Shown: positions 1 through 8,462, counted from the stretch's first letter. The stretch: DNA of 64,000 nt from Patescibacteria group bacterium (GCA_040384485.1 JAZKJH010000003.1:71556-135555), one strand, 5' to 3'. The notes: generated by a model from the sequence alone, not told the origin. Numbers and translations are program-made.

Positions 1-313
1 CTTTTACAATGGGTATTTTGGCAGTAAAAAGATATGCACTTTCTTCTGGTAAAGACATTTTTACATACTCCAGACTCAATTCATTTTTAAGCTCCAGTAG
101 TAACTTTACAACAGAGGGCTTGTTCTTTATTTGACCGCCCACCACACTACCTTTTTCCAAAAACTTCTCAGAGTATTTGTCTATATATACCGTATCACCC
201 TTTTTTTTAAACAAAATACAGCGTATAGAAGCGTCTGTTATGGACACACCAGCAAAAGGTATTTCCAAAAAAAGAGGTGGAGGAAAATGATTTAAAATTT
301 TACTAAAAGTCAT
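1..313 (-). CDS. pilM: Type IV pilus assembly protein PilM-like (5' part; runs off window)
   Basis: Manual translation from ATG at 313: MTFSKILNHFPPPLFLEIPFAGVSITDASIRCILF...EKGSVVGGQIKNK...SLPEESAYLF, matching the PilM actin-like N-terminus. Confidence 0.7.
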   Translation of the reverse strand, partial: MTFSKILNHFPPPLFLEIPFAGVSITDASIRCILFKKKGDTVYIDKYSEKFLEKGSVVGGQIKNKPSVVKLLLELKNELSLEYVKMSLPEESAYLFTAKIPIVK

Positions 314-357
314 TCCCTAAATTATACAACAAAGGATTTCTTACACCTAGGGAAAAA

Positions 358-693
358 CTAAACTGCAGAGCTTCCTGGTGACACCTTAGAACTTACCTCA
401 AGCAAAGAAAAGAAATTTTTATCACCTTCCCCACTTACTGCTAGGATCATTGCCTGACTTTCAAGTCCCATCATTTTTCTAGGCTCTAGATTTGTGGCAA
501 AAGCGCATTTTTTACTCACCAGATTTTCAGGATTTTCGAAATGTTTTGCGATTCCTGACAAAACTTGTCTTGGCGCCTCTTCCCCAAAATCCACAGACAA
601 CCTTAAAAGCTTTTCAGAGCCTTCAATTTTTTCTGCACTGAGTATGTGACCTATTTTTATTTCTATTTTTTTAAAATCCTCTATTGAAATCAT
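358..693 (-). CDS. Stand-alone tRNA-binding OB-fold protein (MetRS C-terminal/Trbp111/CsaA-like)
   Basis: ISIEDFKKIEIKIG..AEKIEGSEKLL.L.VDFG...RQVLSGI...NLEPRKMMGLESQAMILA. Confidence 0.9.
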   Translation of the reverse strand: MISIEDFKKIEIKIGHILSAEKIEGSEKLLRLSVDFGEEAPRQVLSGIAKHFENPENLVSKKCAFATNLEPRKMMGLESQAMILAVSGEGDKNFFSLLEVSSKVSPGSSAV

Positions 694-697
694 GGTT

Positions 698-1078
698 TTA
701 TTTTTGTTTGTTTAAAAAGCTTGTAAGTATTATAGCTGCAGCAGAAGCATCATTCATGTCGTTGGAACCTTGCAAATGCTGGGCCTCAATCGACGTAAGA
801 AGTTCTGGATACAGGTGCACATCTACTCCAATTTCTGTTTTTATCTTTTCCAGGAACGGGTGAACTTGCTTCATTATCTCATTTTCTTTTTGAGAAAAGT
901 CTTTAGATTCCCCCACCACAACATCTGTAATCTCTTTTTCCTTACAAATGGCCTTTATTTTATCGAACAAACTGTCATCGTTGTCTAAAACAGCCAGCGG
1001 AAATGCCATAGAATGCGTCAAATCACTTATCGCAATCCCGAGCCTTTTACTGCCATAATCAATGCCTAAATATCTCAT
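698..1078 (-). CDS. ruvX: YqgF/RuvX family nuclease (pre-16S rRNA maturation)
   Basis: YLGIDYGSKRLGIAISD, VVVG, ELLTS, DASAAAIIL motifs. Confidence 0.9.
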   Translation of the reverse strand: MRYLGIDYGSKRLGIAISDLTHSMAFPLAVLDNDDSLFDKIKAICKEKEITDVVVGESKDFSQKENEIMKQVHPFLEKIKTEIGVDVHLYPELLTSIEAQHLQGSNDMNDASAAAIILTSFLNKQK

Positions 1079-1134
1079 TTCCTCTAGTGTATATTAAAAT
1101 TGCTTTTTAACCAATTTTTGCTATTATGACCTGC

Positions 1135-1359
1135 ATGAACCCTTTGTTTATTGAAGGTTTTCCAATATGGTTGCTGATAGTAATTCTTATTTGGTCATTA
1201 TTTTGGAAAGGAATGGCTTTATGGAAAGCTGCCCAACTCTCACATAAAAATTGGTTCATAATAATTCTACTGATTAATACATTGGGAATATTGGATATAA
1301 TATACATCCGATTCATTGCCACAAAATATACTGTAGAAACAATAGAAGAGACTAAGTAA
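1135..1359 (+). CDS. Small membrane protein, DUF5652-like
   Basis: WSLFWKGMALWKAAQ..HKNWFI..L.INTLGIL.IIY; start placed at the ATG 7 nt after TGcTATTAT. Confidence 0.75.
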   Translation: MNPLFIEGFPIWLLIVILIWSLFWKGMALWKAAQLSHKNWFIIILLINTLGILDIIYIRFIATKYTVETIEETK

Positions 1360-1362
1360 CAC

Positions 1363-1449
1363 GGATGGATGGCTGAGTGGTCTAAAGCAACAGTCTTGAA
1401 AACTGTCACCTGGGCAACTGGGTCGTGAGTTCGAATCTCACTCCATCCG
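1363..1449 (+). tRNA. tRNA-Ser(TGA)
   Basis: GGATGGA/TCCATCC acceptor stem, ACAGT-CTTGAAA-ACTGT anticodon arm, long variable arm, GTTCGAATC T-loop; CCA not encoded. Confidence 0.95.
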
Positions 1450-1664
1450 CAAACAGAAACCGCGAAAGCGGTTTTTTGTTTGGATTGGAAGCAAAGTGTG
1501 GGACACTTTGCGTGTGGATTCGAAAGACGGAGCGGTTTACAGTCTCAACAGAGACTGTCGCGAGTCAGGGTCGTGGAATTTTTCTTGTGACGACAAGAAA
1601 AATCTCCCTGACCGAATCTCACTCCATCTTTGAGCAACTAAATTATCCCTGACCGCATCTCACT
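1450..1664 (+). repeat. tRNA-Ser-associated structured element with antisense and direct copies of the tRNA 3' end
   Basis: Terminator-like hairpin; degenerate antisense 3' end interrupted by hairpin 1491-1511; hairpins 1539-1558 and 1564-1612; direct repeat CGAATCTCACTCCATC 1613-1628 (=1432-1447); second degenerate copy at about 1647-1664. Confidence 0.8.
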
Positions 1665-1737
1665 TAATCCGTACTCCTCTTTCTCATCCCCACCACTCCT
1701 GTAATAAAATCTTGTTTTGTACGTTATAATAAAACAT

Positions 1738-2154
1738 ATGAATAAAAATATTATATCAACCATTATTGTGGTTTTAATTATTATAGGTGGAGTTTATTGG
1801 TTTAACTCAAGCAAAAAAGTAGTAGATACAACAAATGAATCCCCTGTTGTTAATTCCGGTGAGAACACTAGTCAACCTGGGGCAACGATGCCAGGTTTAC
1901 CGGCGGAACCTGCTGCTACTGAGGCCAGAAAAGATCTTGCTTTAAAACTCAATACTGATGAAAACAATATTCTAATTATGCAGGTTGTGGAAGTTACATG
2001 GAACGACGGATGTTTAGGCCTGGGCAGAGCTGACGAAGGATGTATGCAAGCACTTGTTCCAGGATTCAAGGTTGAGTTATTTGCAAAAGGAAAACTCTAT
2101 ATATACAGAACAGACAAAACTGGTTCTAGCTTAAGAGCTGAAACCGCGATATAG
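1738..2154 (+). CDS. Membrane-anchored exported protein of unknown function
   Basis: N-terminal TM helix; W.DGCLG...C.QA.VPG...Y.YRTD pattern; start placed at the ATG 7 nt after TATAAT. Confidence 0.75.
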   Translation: MNKNIISTIIVVLIIIGGVYWFNSSKKVVDTTNESPVVNSGENTSQPGATMPGLPAEPAATEARKDLALKLNTDENNILIMQVVEVTWNDGCLGLGRADEGCMQALVPGFKVELFAKGKLYIYRTDKTGSSLRAETAI

Positions 2155-2164
2155 AAAATCAAAT

Positions 2165-2198
2165 AAAAACCACTCAACAAATTGTTGAGTGGTTTTTT
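2165..2198 (+). terminator. Intrinsic terminator
   Basis: AAAAACCACTCAACAA/TTGTTGAGTGGTTTTT inverted repeat followed by a T-run. Confidence 0.8.
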
Positions 2199-2202
2199 AT
2201 AT

Positions 2203-2242
2203 AAAATAAAACCCCTGCGTCACAGTTAAGTGCGCAGAGGTT
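2203..2242 (-). terminator. Intrinsic terminator of the JAB-E1-Ubl operon
   Basis: GC-rich imperfect hairpin followed by a T-rich tract on the minus strand. Confidence 0.65.
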
Positions 2243-2263
2243 GTTGAAAAAACAAAGAACTAG

Positions 2264-2515
2264 TTAGTTACCTCGAACCTTGGAGAAGACCAGGATCTGG
2301 TCGCCATCCTCCATGCTGCCGGTGAGGCTGCTGATCTTGGTGCCGTTAACTCGGACATCGAGGGAATCGCCTCGACCCGAACCACTGAGTCCGGCCTTTT
2401 CGAGACCGTCCTGGTAGGTACTTCCGGCGCTCATGGTGTAAGACGTGATCTTTCCACCAGGGAATGCGCCGATTTTCACAGTGATTGCCTTTTCAGTTGT
2501 ACGCGGTGCTGCCAT
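2264..2515 (-). CDS. Ubiquitin-like beta-grasp protein (ThiS/MoaD-like), C-terminus ...KVRGN
   Basis: 83 aa from the ATG after AAGGAG; VRVNG...MEDGDQILV..KVRG matches the ThiS/MoaD/Ubl C-terminal pattern; lies downstream of E1 and JAB. Confidence 0.85.
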   Translation of the reverse strand: MAAPRTTEKAITVKIGAFPGGKITSYTMSAGSTYQDGLEKAGLSGSGRGDSLDVRVNGTKISSLTGSMEDGDQILVFSKVRGN

Positions 2516-2572
2516 TACTCTCTTCTCCTTGGGTTGACGGACATTCGTTAACGTACTGCATTCGAACAATGA

Positions 2573-3271
2573 CTAGAAGTTAGAGGTGTTAACCATCATG
2601 GGCTGAAGTGAAAAAATAATTTCATTCTCCACTTCATCCACAACAGCTTTGCCAACCTTTAACTCTTCTTGACCTTGATGCCAGCGAATTAGCTGCCAAA
2701 CAGCAAGACCTGAAACCACTTCAGCAGTGGACCCAACACTAATGCTGGTTCCACATGCGGAGACCTCGGCCACATCATCGGAATAAAGAGTTTCCTCCCA
2801 TCCCCTGACTTGTCCTGGGTTTGATGGATTCAGAGTATAAATACGTCCACTGTTCTTCCCCATGCGAGTCTCAATCATGAGCTTCACATAGGTTTTGTAT
2901 TTTAGTCCCGTCTTCCAGATCTCCTGGCGAGATGCCATGGTATCGGTCAGAAGGAAAACTACGTCACCAAGACGTTGTGATCCGTCTACTTTTTCTGGAT
3001 GAACAGAAACTTCTGTTCCAGTCTGCTCCCTGATGATATTCATCAAGGCATCGACCTTGGACATGCCGACATGGTTGTTGCCAAAGATTTGATTCGGCAC
3101 GTTGTGTGCCTCAACCTTGTCATAATCCCAAATATGAATATTCGGGATACCAAGCTTGGCGAGTCCCAAAGCGATACGCGAACCGGTCGCTCCAACTCCC
3201 ACTACATCAACCCTTTGATCCCCAAATGTCTCTGGGGAAAAAACTTCGATGTGTCGCATTGTGTCTAGCAA
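2573..3271 (-). CDS. ThiF/E1-like ubiquitin-activating adenylyltransferase
   Basis: VVGVGATGS, WDYDKVEAHNVPNQ, G.SKVDAL, LTDTMASR; single Cys in SACG; no CxxC zinc pairs; SD AGGAGG before TTG. Confidence 0.92.
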   Translation of the reverse strand: MLDTMRHIEVFSPETFGDQRVDVVGVGATGSRIALGLAKLGIPNIHIWDYDKVEAHNVPNQIFGNNHVGMSKVDALMNIIREQTGTEVSVHPEKVDGSQRLGDVVFLLTDTMASRQEIWKTGLKYKTYVKLMIETRMGKNSGRIYTLNPSNPGQVRGWEETLYSDDVAEVSACGTSISVGSTAEVVSGLAVWQLIRWHQGQEELKVGKAVVDEVENEIIFSLQPMMVNTSNF

Positions 3272-3283
3272 TTAACCCTCCTT

Positions 3284-4045
3284 TTATTGTCGTGGTCCAA
3301 AGACACCAGTAAAAAACCATGGTTTGTGCTTGTACTTGTAACCTTTGCCGATCTTCATCGGCATTGGGCGCAAATACTTCACCTTAGCCTGCATTTCAGC
3401 TAGAAGATCTTGCTTCAGTTGTTGATAAACTGCGTTACTGACCCTGGGTCCTTTGACTTTCCACGGCAACTTATCGAACTGAACATTGTTCTTCCAGTCA
3501 TAGAGACTGAAGCTAACTTCTCCTCTGCGGTTAAAAATACCGCGAAGGAAAAAATCAGATCCAAAATCCCGAAACGTATTCATGGTCATATCATCCTGAC
3601 CAGATGGTTCAGTACCACCTGTACCGTGTGAATGACCCCAAAAACGAATGTTGTTAAAAATATCTTCGCCGTTTGGACGTGTGAGCACGTCTTGCATGAC
3701 ACTTGCCATGCTATCCGTATTCAGTTCTGTTTGACCATAGTTAACACTCTGGTCAAACAAAAAGATATCGTCAACAAGAACGTGTTTTCCTAATTTTTTG
3801 GCAGTGCCAAGCCATCCAACTTCCATCTCGATGGCACTGATGATTATGTAAATCTTCAGAATGGCCAGATGACTCAAACTAACAACAGGTATCACGTCGG
3901 GAAGACGCAACATCCTTGCTGAAGTAGGAAACTGTCTCGGCAAAAGAAAACTGTCGGCTTGGGTCCTTGAAATATCCCAACCTGGACCTTGGTCTTCCTT
4001 AGCTATCTCGTCTTTTTCCTCTAGTTCTGGAGCGGCATGATCCAC
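3284..4045 (-). CDS. JAB/JAMM (MPN+) metallopeptidase
   Basis: EVGWLG followed by WGHSHGTGGTEPSGQDD = E...HxH(x7)SxxD JAMM motif; SD AAGGAG. Confidence 0.88.
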   Translation of the reverse strand: MDHAAPELEEKDEIAKEDQGPGWDISRTQADSFLLPRQFPTSARMLRLPDVIPVVSLSHLAILKIYIIISAIEMEVGWLGTAKKLGKHVLVDDIFLFDQSVNYGQTELNTDSMASVMQDVLTRPNGEDIFNNIRFWGHSHGTGGTEPSGQDDMTMNTFRDFGSDFFLRGIFNRRGEVSFSLYDWKNNVQFDKLPWKVKGPRVSNAVYQQLKQDLLAEMQAKVKYLRPMPMKIGKGYKYKHKPWFFTGVFGPRQ

Positions 4046-4090
4046 AGACTAACTCCTTGTTTTGATGTAAATGTTCACTTCCTACAAAAC

Positions 4091-4119
4091 AGACTACATA
4101 ACTATGCCTATTCTGTCAA
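4091..4119 (-). promoter_or_regulatory. Sigma70-type promoter of the JAB-E1-Ubl operon
   Basis: TTGACA-17 nt-TAGTCT on the minus strand. Confidence 0.65.
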
Positions 4120-4220
4120 GTCCAATTTTGGAGCATGTCGGTAACCCTTGTTATATTTATTAATATGTGTTATGGTATAAAAGGAAAGTCACCCGTGGGT
4201 TAACCCACAAGGAGCACTGA

Positions 4221-4787
4221 ATGAACACTGCGACGATTGAAATCCCCCGATATGGAAGTCTCAAACTGCACTATGCGACTATGTGCATAGTGGTGTTGGG
4301 CACAATGTTTCAAGTGGGACATTTTGCTGAACATGCTGTGCAGTTTGGAATGTGGCTATTCAGTGACAGGTCAATGCCCTGGATGTCAACGTGGGCAATG
4401 TATCTCGTCCACCAGATTGGTCATTGGGCTGTGCCCGATGCATCTGGTGCAAGGCAGATGGCTGTCGGGATGGAACTGCTTCATCTCGTCGGCAATGGTA
4501 TCTTCTTGGTGACCATTGCTGCTTTTTACAAACATTCACCAACCAAACTTGTACGACAGGCATTTTACGTTGAGGGTTTTCATCTAATTGAGCACTTGTT
4601 GCTCACCTTCTCTGTAATCTATCTGGGAAAACCAATCGGGTTCAGTACTCTATTTGGTAACAGTTCACTTGTTTGGGACAAAGAAGGAGTTGTTGGTTAC
4701 AGGGTGTTTTGGCACTTCGCCATGAATCTCGTACCTTCAATTCTCATCATGAAAGCCATGATGAACATGAGGTCAAAAACTCAATAA
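4221..4787 (+). CDS. Four-TM His-rich membrane protein (DUF6008-like)
   Basis: HFAEH, ELLHLVGN, HLIEH and FWHFAMN within hydrophobic helices; SD AAGGAG. Confidence 0.7.
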   Translation: MNTATIEIPRYGSLKLHYATMCIVVLGTMFQVGHFAEHAVQFGMWLFSDRSMPWMSTWAMYLVHQIGHWAVPDASGARQMAVGMELLHLVGNGIFLVTIAAFYKHSPTKLVRQAFYVEGFHLIEHLLLTFSVIYLGKPIGFSTLFGNSSLVWDKEGVVGYRVFWHFAMNLVPSILIMKAMMNMRSKTQ

Positions 4788-4806
4788 AGTTTTCCTGTTT
4801 CAATAC

Positions 4807-4872
4807 TCGGTCCATGCTTTCGCATGGACCGATTTTTTTATAAAAAAACAACCCCGTTTATAAGCGGGGTTG
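4807..4872. terminator. Pair of convergent intrinsic terminators
   Basis: TCGGTCCATGC/GCATGGACCGA plus T-run (+); CAACCCCG/CGGGGTTG with a T-run on the minus strand. Confidence 0.8.
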
Positions 4873-4884
4873 GTAAGCCTAATC

Positions 4885-6624
4885 TTAACGGGCGCTGCGT
4901 AACTTAGTTACTATTGCTTCGCCAGTTTGTCGGCTATCAAAACTTCTCAAAAAATCCAAAGACATAGTCACAACAGTCTCTAGTTCAAGTCCGCCCAATA
5001 ACTCTGGAAAGGTGGACGTAAGTTGACCTAATGGCAACTCCCCACTTTCTCCACGCAATTGTGGTGACTGAAACACGCTACCGTCTGCAAACCATATCGG
5101 TAGAAGGTTTTTGAACGTGTTAACTCCGGTGGAGAAATTATACTCGAGTGTAAAATCTCCAATCCAGTAAGAAAGACCGGTAGCAACGTCAGTTGCCTTC
5201 AGTTTTTTTGTCTCAACCTTCAAGACGTCGTCCTTGATTGAAACTTTCTTAACACCATCAAGCTTTTGAACCTCAGCAACTCGTTTCTGGATTAGAGTTG
5301 TGATGCTGTAAACCAGAACTGGAGGCTTTCCTCTTCCAACCAGCTGTTCTTTGGTCTCGAGGTGTTCTCCAAGAGTCTCTGCAAGAGTTCCTTTAAGGAT
5401 AGCCGCCTGGTCAGGTCTTACTCCCTTTCTGGCCTCCAAAAGATCTCTCTCGATTTTAACCCTATTACTTCCGTGGGTTTCTTTAAAGACGCTGATGAAT
5501 CCTGCTTTCACCGTCCTGTCCAAAGCATCCTTCTTTACTGGATACACCATTCTCTTTTCAACAACTGGAAACAGTTCCAGAATTTTCTGATAAGAAATGT
5601 TCTCATTAACTGACTCTACTGCCTTAAGTGAAAAGAGTAGAGCAGCTTCGAACTCAAAATCTCTCAAAAGAGTGAGGATGCCTCTACCCTCTCCATGGCA
5701 CCACTCTCCACCCAAACGGTCTACGTGTGGATGTCCATACTTACCAGAATACCCACCATATTCATGATATGGTCGGCGTGACTTGTTGACAAAGACCGCC
5801 TGACCCCCGTCCCCAAAAGTAAGTTTGATTTCGAATTCACCAAACTCATGAATCTTCTTGGTTTGCGAGTGTTCACAATACATTGGGTGTGTGGTAATTA
5901 ACAGTTGAGTCCCGTCAACTCTGATGTCTTTCACTTCGGGGATTTTGTAGAGGTTATCGATGACTCGATCCGACTCTAATGTATCACCCCCAAGTTTTTT
6001 AAGTTGTGCCTCTAAGGCAACAGCTTGAGTGACTGAACCCACCATTTTTTTTCGATGCACCACCACCAAAGACTTCAAGGGTTGAAGAATCTTGGTGTTT
6101 GGAGCAACGAAGTTACCTTCATACATCTCTTCCAAAGTGGGAAATGCTCCCCACCCAAGAAGTATTAACGTCTCACGCAAAATCTTTCTGTAAATATCGA
6201 GACGTGCCTCAGTAACTGTTCCACCAACAACAGGAAACAGCACATACAACTCATTCTTGTTGATGAGCTCTGCGACTGCATATCCACTTGTCGGATCAAC
6301 AATCACCATGCCTTTTCCAGAAGGTTCAAACAAATAGCCTAACTCGATGTTCGCCTGTCCAGCTACTGATAAACCCCACATCTTTGAGGGAATATCCTGA
6401 AATCCGGCTTCGTTACGAGCCCTGCTATAAAGATGGATTATGAAAGAGGACCTGTCTCTCCTGCCCGGTGGATTATGTTCACCCTGGACATCCCACAGAT
6501 ACAAATCCTCAACTCCATTAACTTCAAACGGTCGACCGACAGTACTTCTGGTGACTTCCAGAAACCTATCCTTCGTCTCGTACCCATGTCCCCAATTGTG
6601 TGGTCTGATATTCATCCCCAACAC
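4885..6624 (-). CDS. Putative prokaryotic E2 (UBC-fold) protein with tandem E2 and pseudo-E2 domains
   Basis: GHPHVDRLGGEWCHG (HPH 298-300, Cys309) resembles the E2 active-site signature; second copy at aa about 452-563 reads QSPQLRGESGELPLG; same strand as and near E1/JAB/Ubl. Confidence 0.7.
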   Translation of the reverse strand: MLGMNIRPHNWGHGYETKDRFLEVTRSTVGRPFEVNGVEDLYLWDVQGEHNPPGRRDRSSFIIHLYSRARNEAGFQDIPSKMWGLSVAGQANIELGYLFEPSGKGMVIVDPTSGYAVAELINKNELYVLFPVVGGTVTEARLDIYRKILRETLILLGWGAFPTLEEMYEGNFVAPNTKILQPLKSLVVVHRKKMVGSVTQAVALEAQLKKLGGDTLESDRVIDNLYKIPEVKDIRVDGTQLLITTHPMYCEHSQTKKIHEFGEFEIKLTFGDGGQAVFVNKSRRPYHEYGGYSGKYGHPHVDRLGGEWCHGEGRGILTLLRDFEFEAALLFSLKAVESVNENISYQKILELFPVVEKRMVYPVKKDALDRTVKAGFISVFKETHGSNRVKIERDLLEARKGVRPDQAAILKGTLAETLGEHLETKEQLVGRGKPPVLVYSITTLIQKRVAEVQKLDGVKKVSIKDDVLKVETKKLKATDVATGLSYWIGDFTLEYNFSTGVNTFKNLLPIWFADGSVFQSPQLRGESGELPLGQLTSTFPELLGGLELETVVTMSLDFLRSFDSRQTGEAIVTKLRSAR

Positions 6625-6810
6625 TGTCTCCTTTTGATAAGATTACAAGGTTCGAATCCTTCAATACTAAATCATGTACTGAATAAAAAGTCAAATCCAT
6701 GGACTTGACAAAGCACCACTTTTAGTATTCTATTATTAGGCAATACCCTAGGTAAGACTCGGGTACACAAGTTCTTTGAAAATCACACTGCCAAAAGGAG
6801 ACTCTCGTCA

Positions 6811-8343
6811 ATGAACACGAACCGTCAAGCAACTGCACCCGTGATAGTGAAAACTTTCGCTCCGCAAGGTCTACAGTTCTTGGACTTGGGCGCCTTGCGT
6901 GGATATATGGAGGCCAAGGACTATGACTTGGATGTGGTCTCAAAGTTTGCAGAACGTGGAGTATTTGCTCCCCTGTTTGCAGACTTGGTACTCAGAACAG
7001 GCGGCTTGGATAACGAACTGTTGAATCAGTTCGGCCAAGCACTACAGCATGTTCCCCCAACAAAACTGGAATCATACACAGGTTCTGACACCCAGAACAG
7101 TCGTATCGATTCAGCGATTGCCAACAGTGGAATCGCTCGTGATGTAAAGCGGTATGGTGAAGGGTCAGCAAGTTTCTTTGAAACGAAGTCTGTTATTCCG
7201 ACATCAATCAGAAACGTTCCTATTGCCATCGTTGGCTATGGAGCAGCTGGTATTATCGCTGGATACGCCCTGAGCAAATTGGGGTTCCAAAGAATCACAG
7301 TGTATGAAAAAGGGAAAAATCTCGGAATTTGGAGCTACAAGAACGTTTTTGAACTTTCTCGTAACAATCCTTTGAGATTGCAATTTTTCAACAGTGTTCT
7401 TGATCCGGCACCAGGAGGAGGAATCGAGGTTCGAGACTTCCTATCCAGGCTGGCAATTCTGAACACAGTCGACGCAAGGGTTGTTAAGATCCAGCCAGGC
7501 AAAATGAAGCACAAGCTGGTCTTCTCCGACAAAAGCACGGCCGAATATCCAATCGTGGTTAATGCGGTCGGCTTGGGAAAACCAAGACCAGTTTCTGACC
7601 CCGCACGAATGGTTACGGAAACTGGACAGGCACATGCTGGTGCCAGATGGCAACAGCAATTGAGAGTGGAGGATGTTGCTGGACAACAGATTGTTTTGAT
7701 CGGCTTAGGAAATTCAACAGCCGAAATGCTCCAGCAAATCCACACCCTCATCGACGACGGCTACTATGTCGACTACCGTGTGCTTACACATTACCCAGAA
7801 GAAGCTGTCTACAATCCCTCAACTTACGTTGAGGAAGATGGGCGAACATTCCGGGTGTTTCGAGACACATCAAAACCAAATCTCGTTGACTACCAAGGAG
7901 ATTTGGCACGTTCCAGATATGATTACTTTCGTGCACTACACGAAGGTAAAATCATTTCGGGAGTTAAACGCTGGGAAGTAAAAACGCCAGGAGTCATGGC
8001 AATTTACGGGAAAAACAGAAAAAATCTCGGTAAGTTGCCGTTCGACAAAGTAATGACTCTTATTGGTTATCATCAAGGAAAGGACGAGATGCAAAATCTC
8101 GGATGTTCCTATGATGAAAAGCAGGGCAGTGGAGTGTTCGACTATGATGGCGAAGTCGCCGGCATGCCAGGAAACTCCGATCCAAAGAAACGCCTTCACA
8201 AGGGATACTTTGGGTTTGGTTCTATCCTGGAAACACCCCTTAACCCGAATGCGATCGTAATTCCTGGAATGCTTCACCGCATCGGGGACCTGGCATTCAG
8301 TGTGATTATGCGAGCAGCAGAATTTCGAAATAAAGATCTGTAG
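6811..8343 (+). CDS. FAD/NAD(P)H-dependent oxidoreductase (class B flavoprotein monooxygenase-like) with N-terminal extension
   Basis: Two dinucleotide-binding motifs, IAIVGYGAAG...VYEK and IVLIGLGNSTAE; VVNAVG and TLIGY at the ATG-motif positions. Confidence 0.75.
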   Translation: MNTNRQATAPVIVKTFAPQGLQFLDLGALRGYMEAKDYDLDVVSKFAERGVFAPLFADLVLRTGGLDNELLNQFGQALQHVPPTKLESYTGSDTQNSRIDSAIANSGIARDVKRYGEGSASFFETKSVIPTSIRNVPIAIVGYGAAGIIAGYALSKLGFQRITVYEKGKNLGIWSYKNVFELSRNNPLRLQFFNSVLDPAPGGGIEVRDFLSRLAILNTVDARVVKIQPGKMKHKLVFSDKSTAEYPIVVNAVGLGKPRPVSDPARMVTETGQAHAGARWQQQLRVEDVAGQQIVLIGLGNSTAEMLQQIHTLIDDGYYVDYRVLTHYPEEAVYNPSTYVEEDGRTFRVFRDTSKPNLVDYQGDLARSRYDYFRALHEGKIISGVKRWEVKTPGVMAIYGKNRKNLGKLPFDKVMTLIGYHQGKDEMQNLGCSYDEKQGSGVFDYDGEVAGMPGNSDPKKRLHKGYFGFGSILETPLNPNAIVIPGMLHRIGDLAFSVIMRAAEFRNKDL

Positions 8344-8462
8344 TTTGTGATAACAGATTACCAACCAAATCTTCAGCAAGTCCGTTAAGGCATTGTTGAA
8401 GATTTTTTCTTTACTTATAACCTACTCTACTTTTATATTGTTAAGTTTAGTATAATTAATTT

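Noticed and set aside
1425-1652. 75-aa ORF; likewise 8937-9368, 8970-9158, 9101-9316, 16258-16464 and 16363-16596
   Set aside because: They overlap tRNAs and their hairpin-rich trailers and have no protein-like features
2264-3271. ThiS-ThiF or MoaD-MoeB cofactor biosynthesis operon
   Set aside because: No thiG/thiE/moaE/sulfurtransferase nearby, the E1 lacks the zinc CxxC pairs, and JAB and E2-like genes are present
6647-6661. AAGG-TTCGAAT-CCTT T-arm-like hairpin as a tRNA fragment or att site
   Set aside because: No acceptor or anticodon arms, the stem does not match tRNA-Ser, and 15 bp is compatible with chance
2200-8400. Integrative element or prophage carrying the Ubl island
   Set aside because: No integrase, transposase or phage gene and no flanking direct repeat found; only composition and SD usage suggest foreign origin
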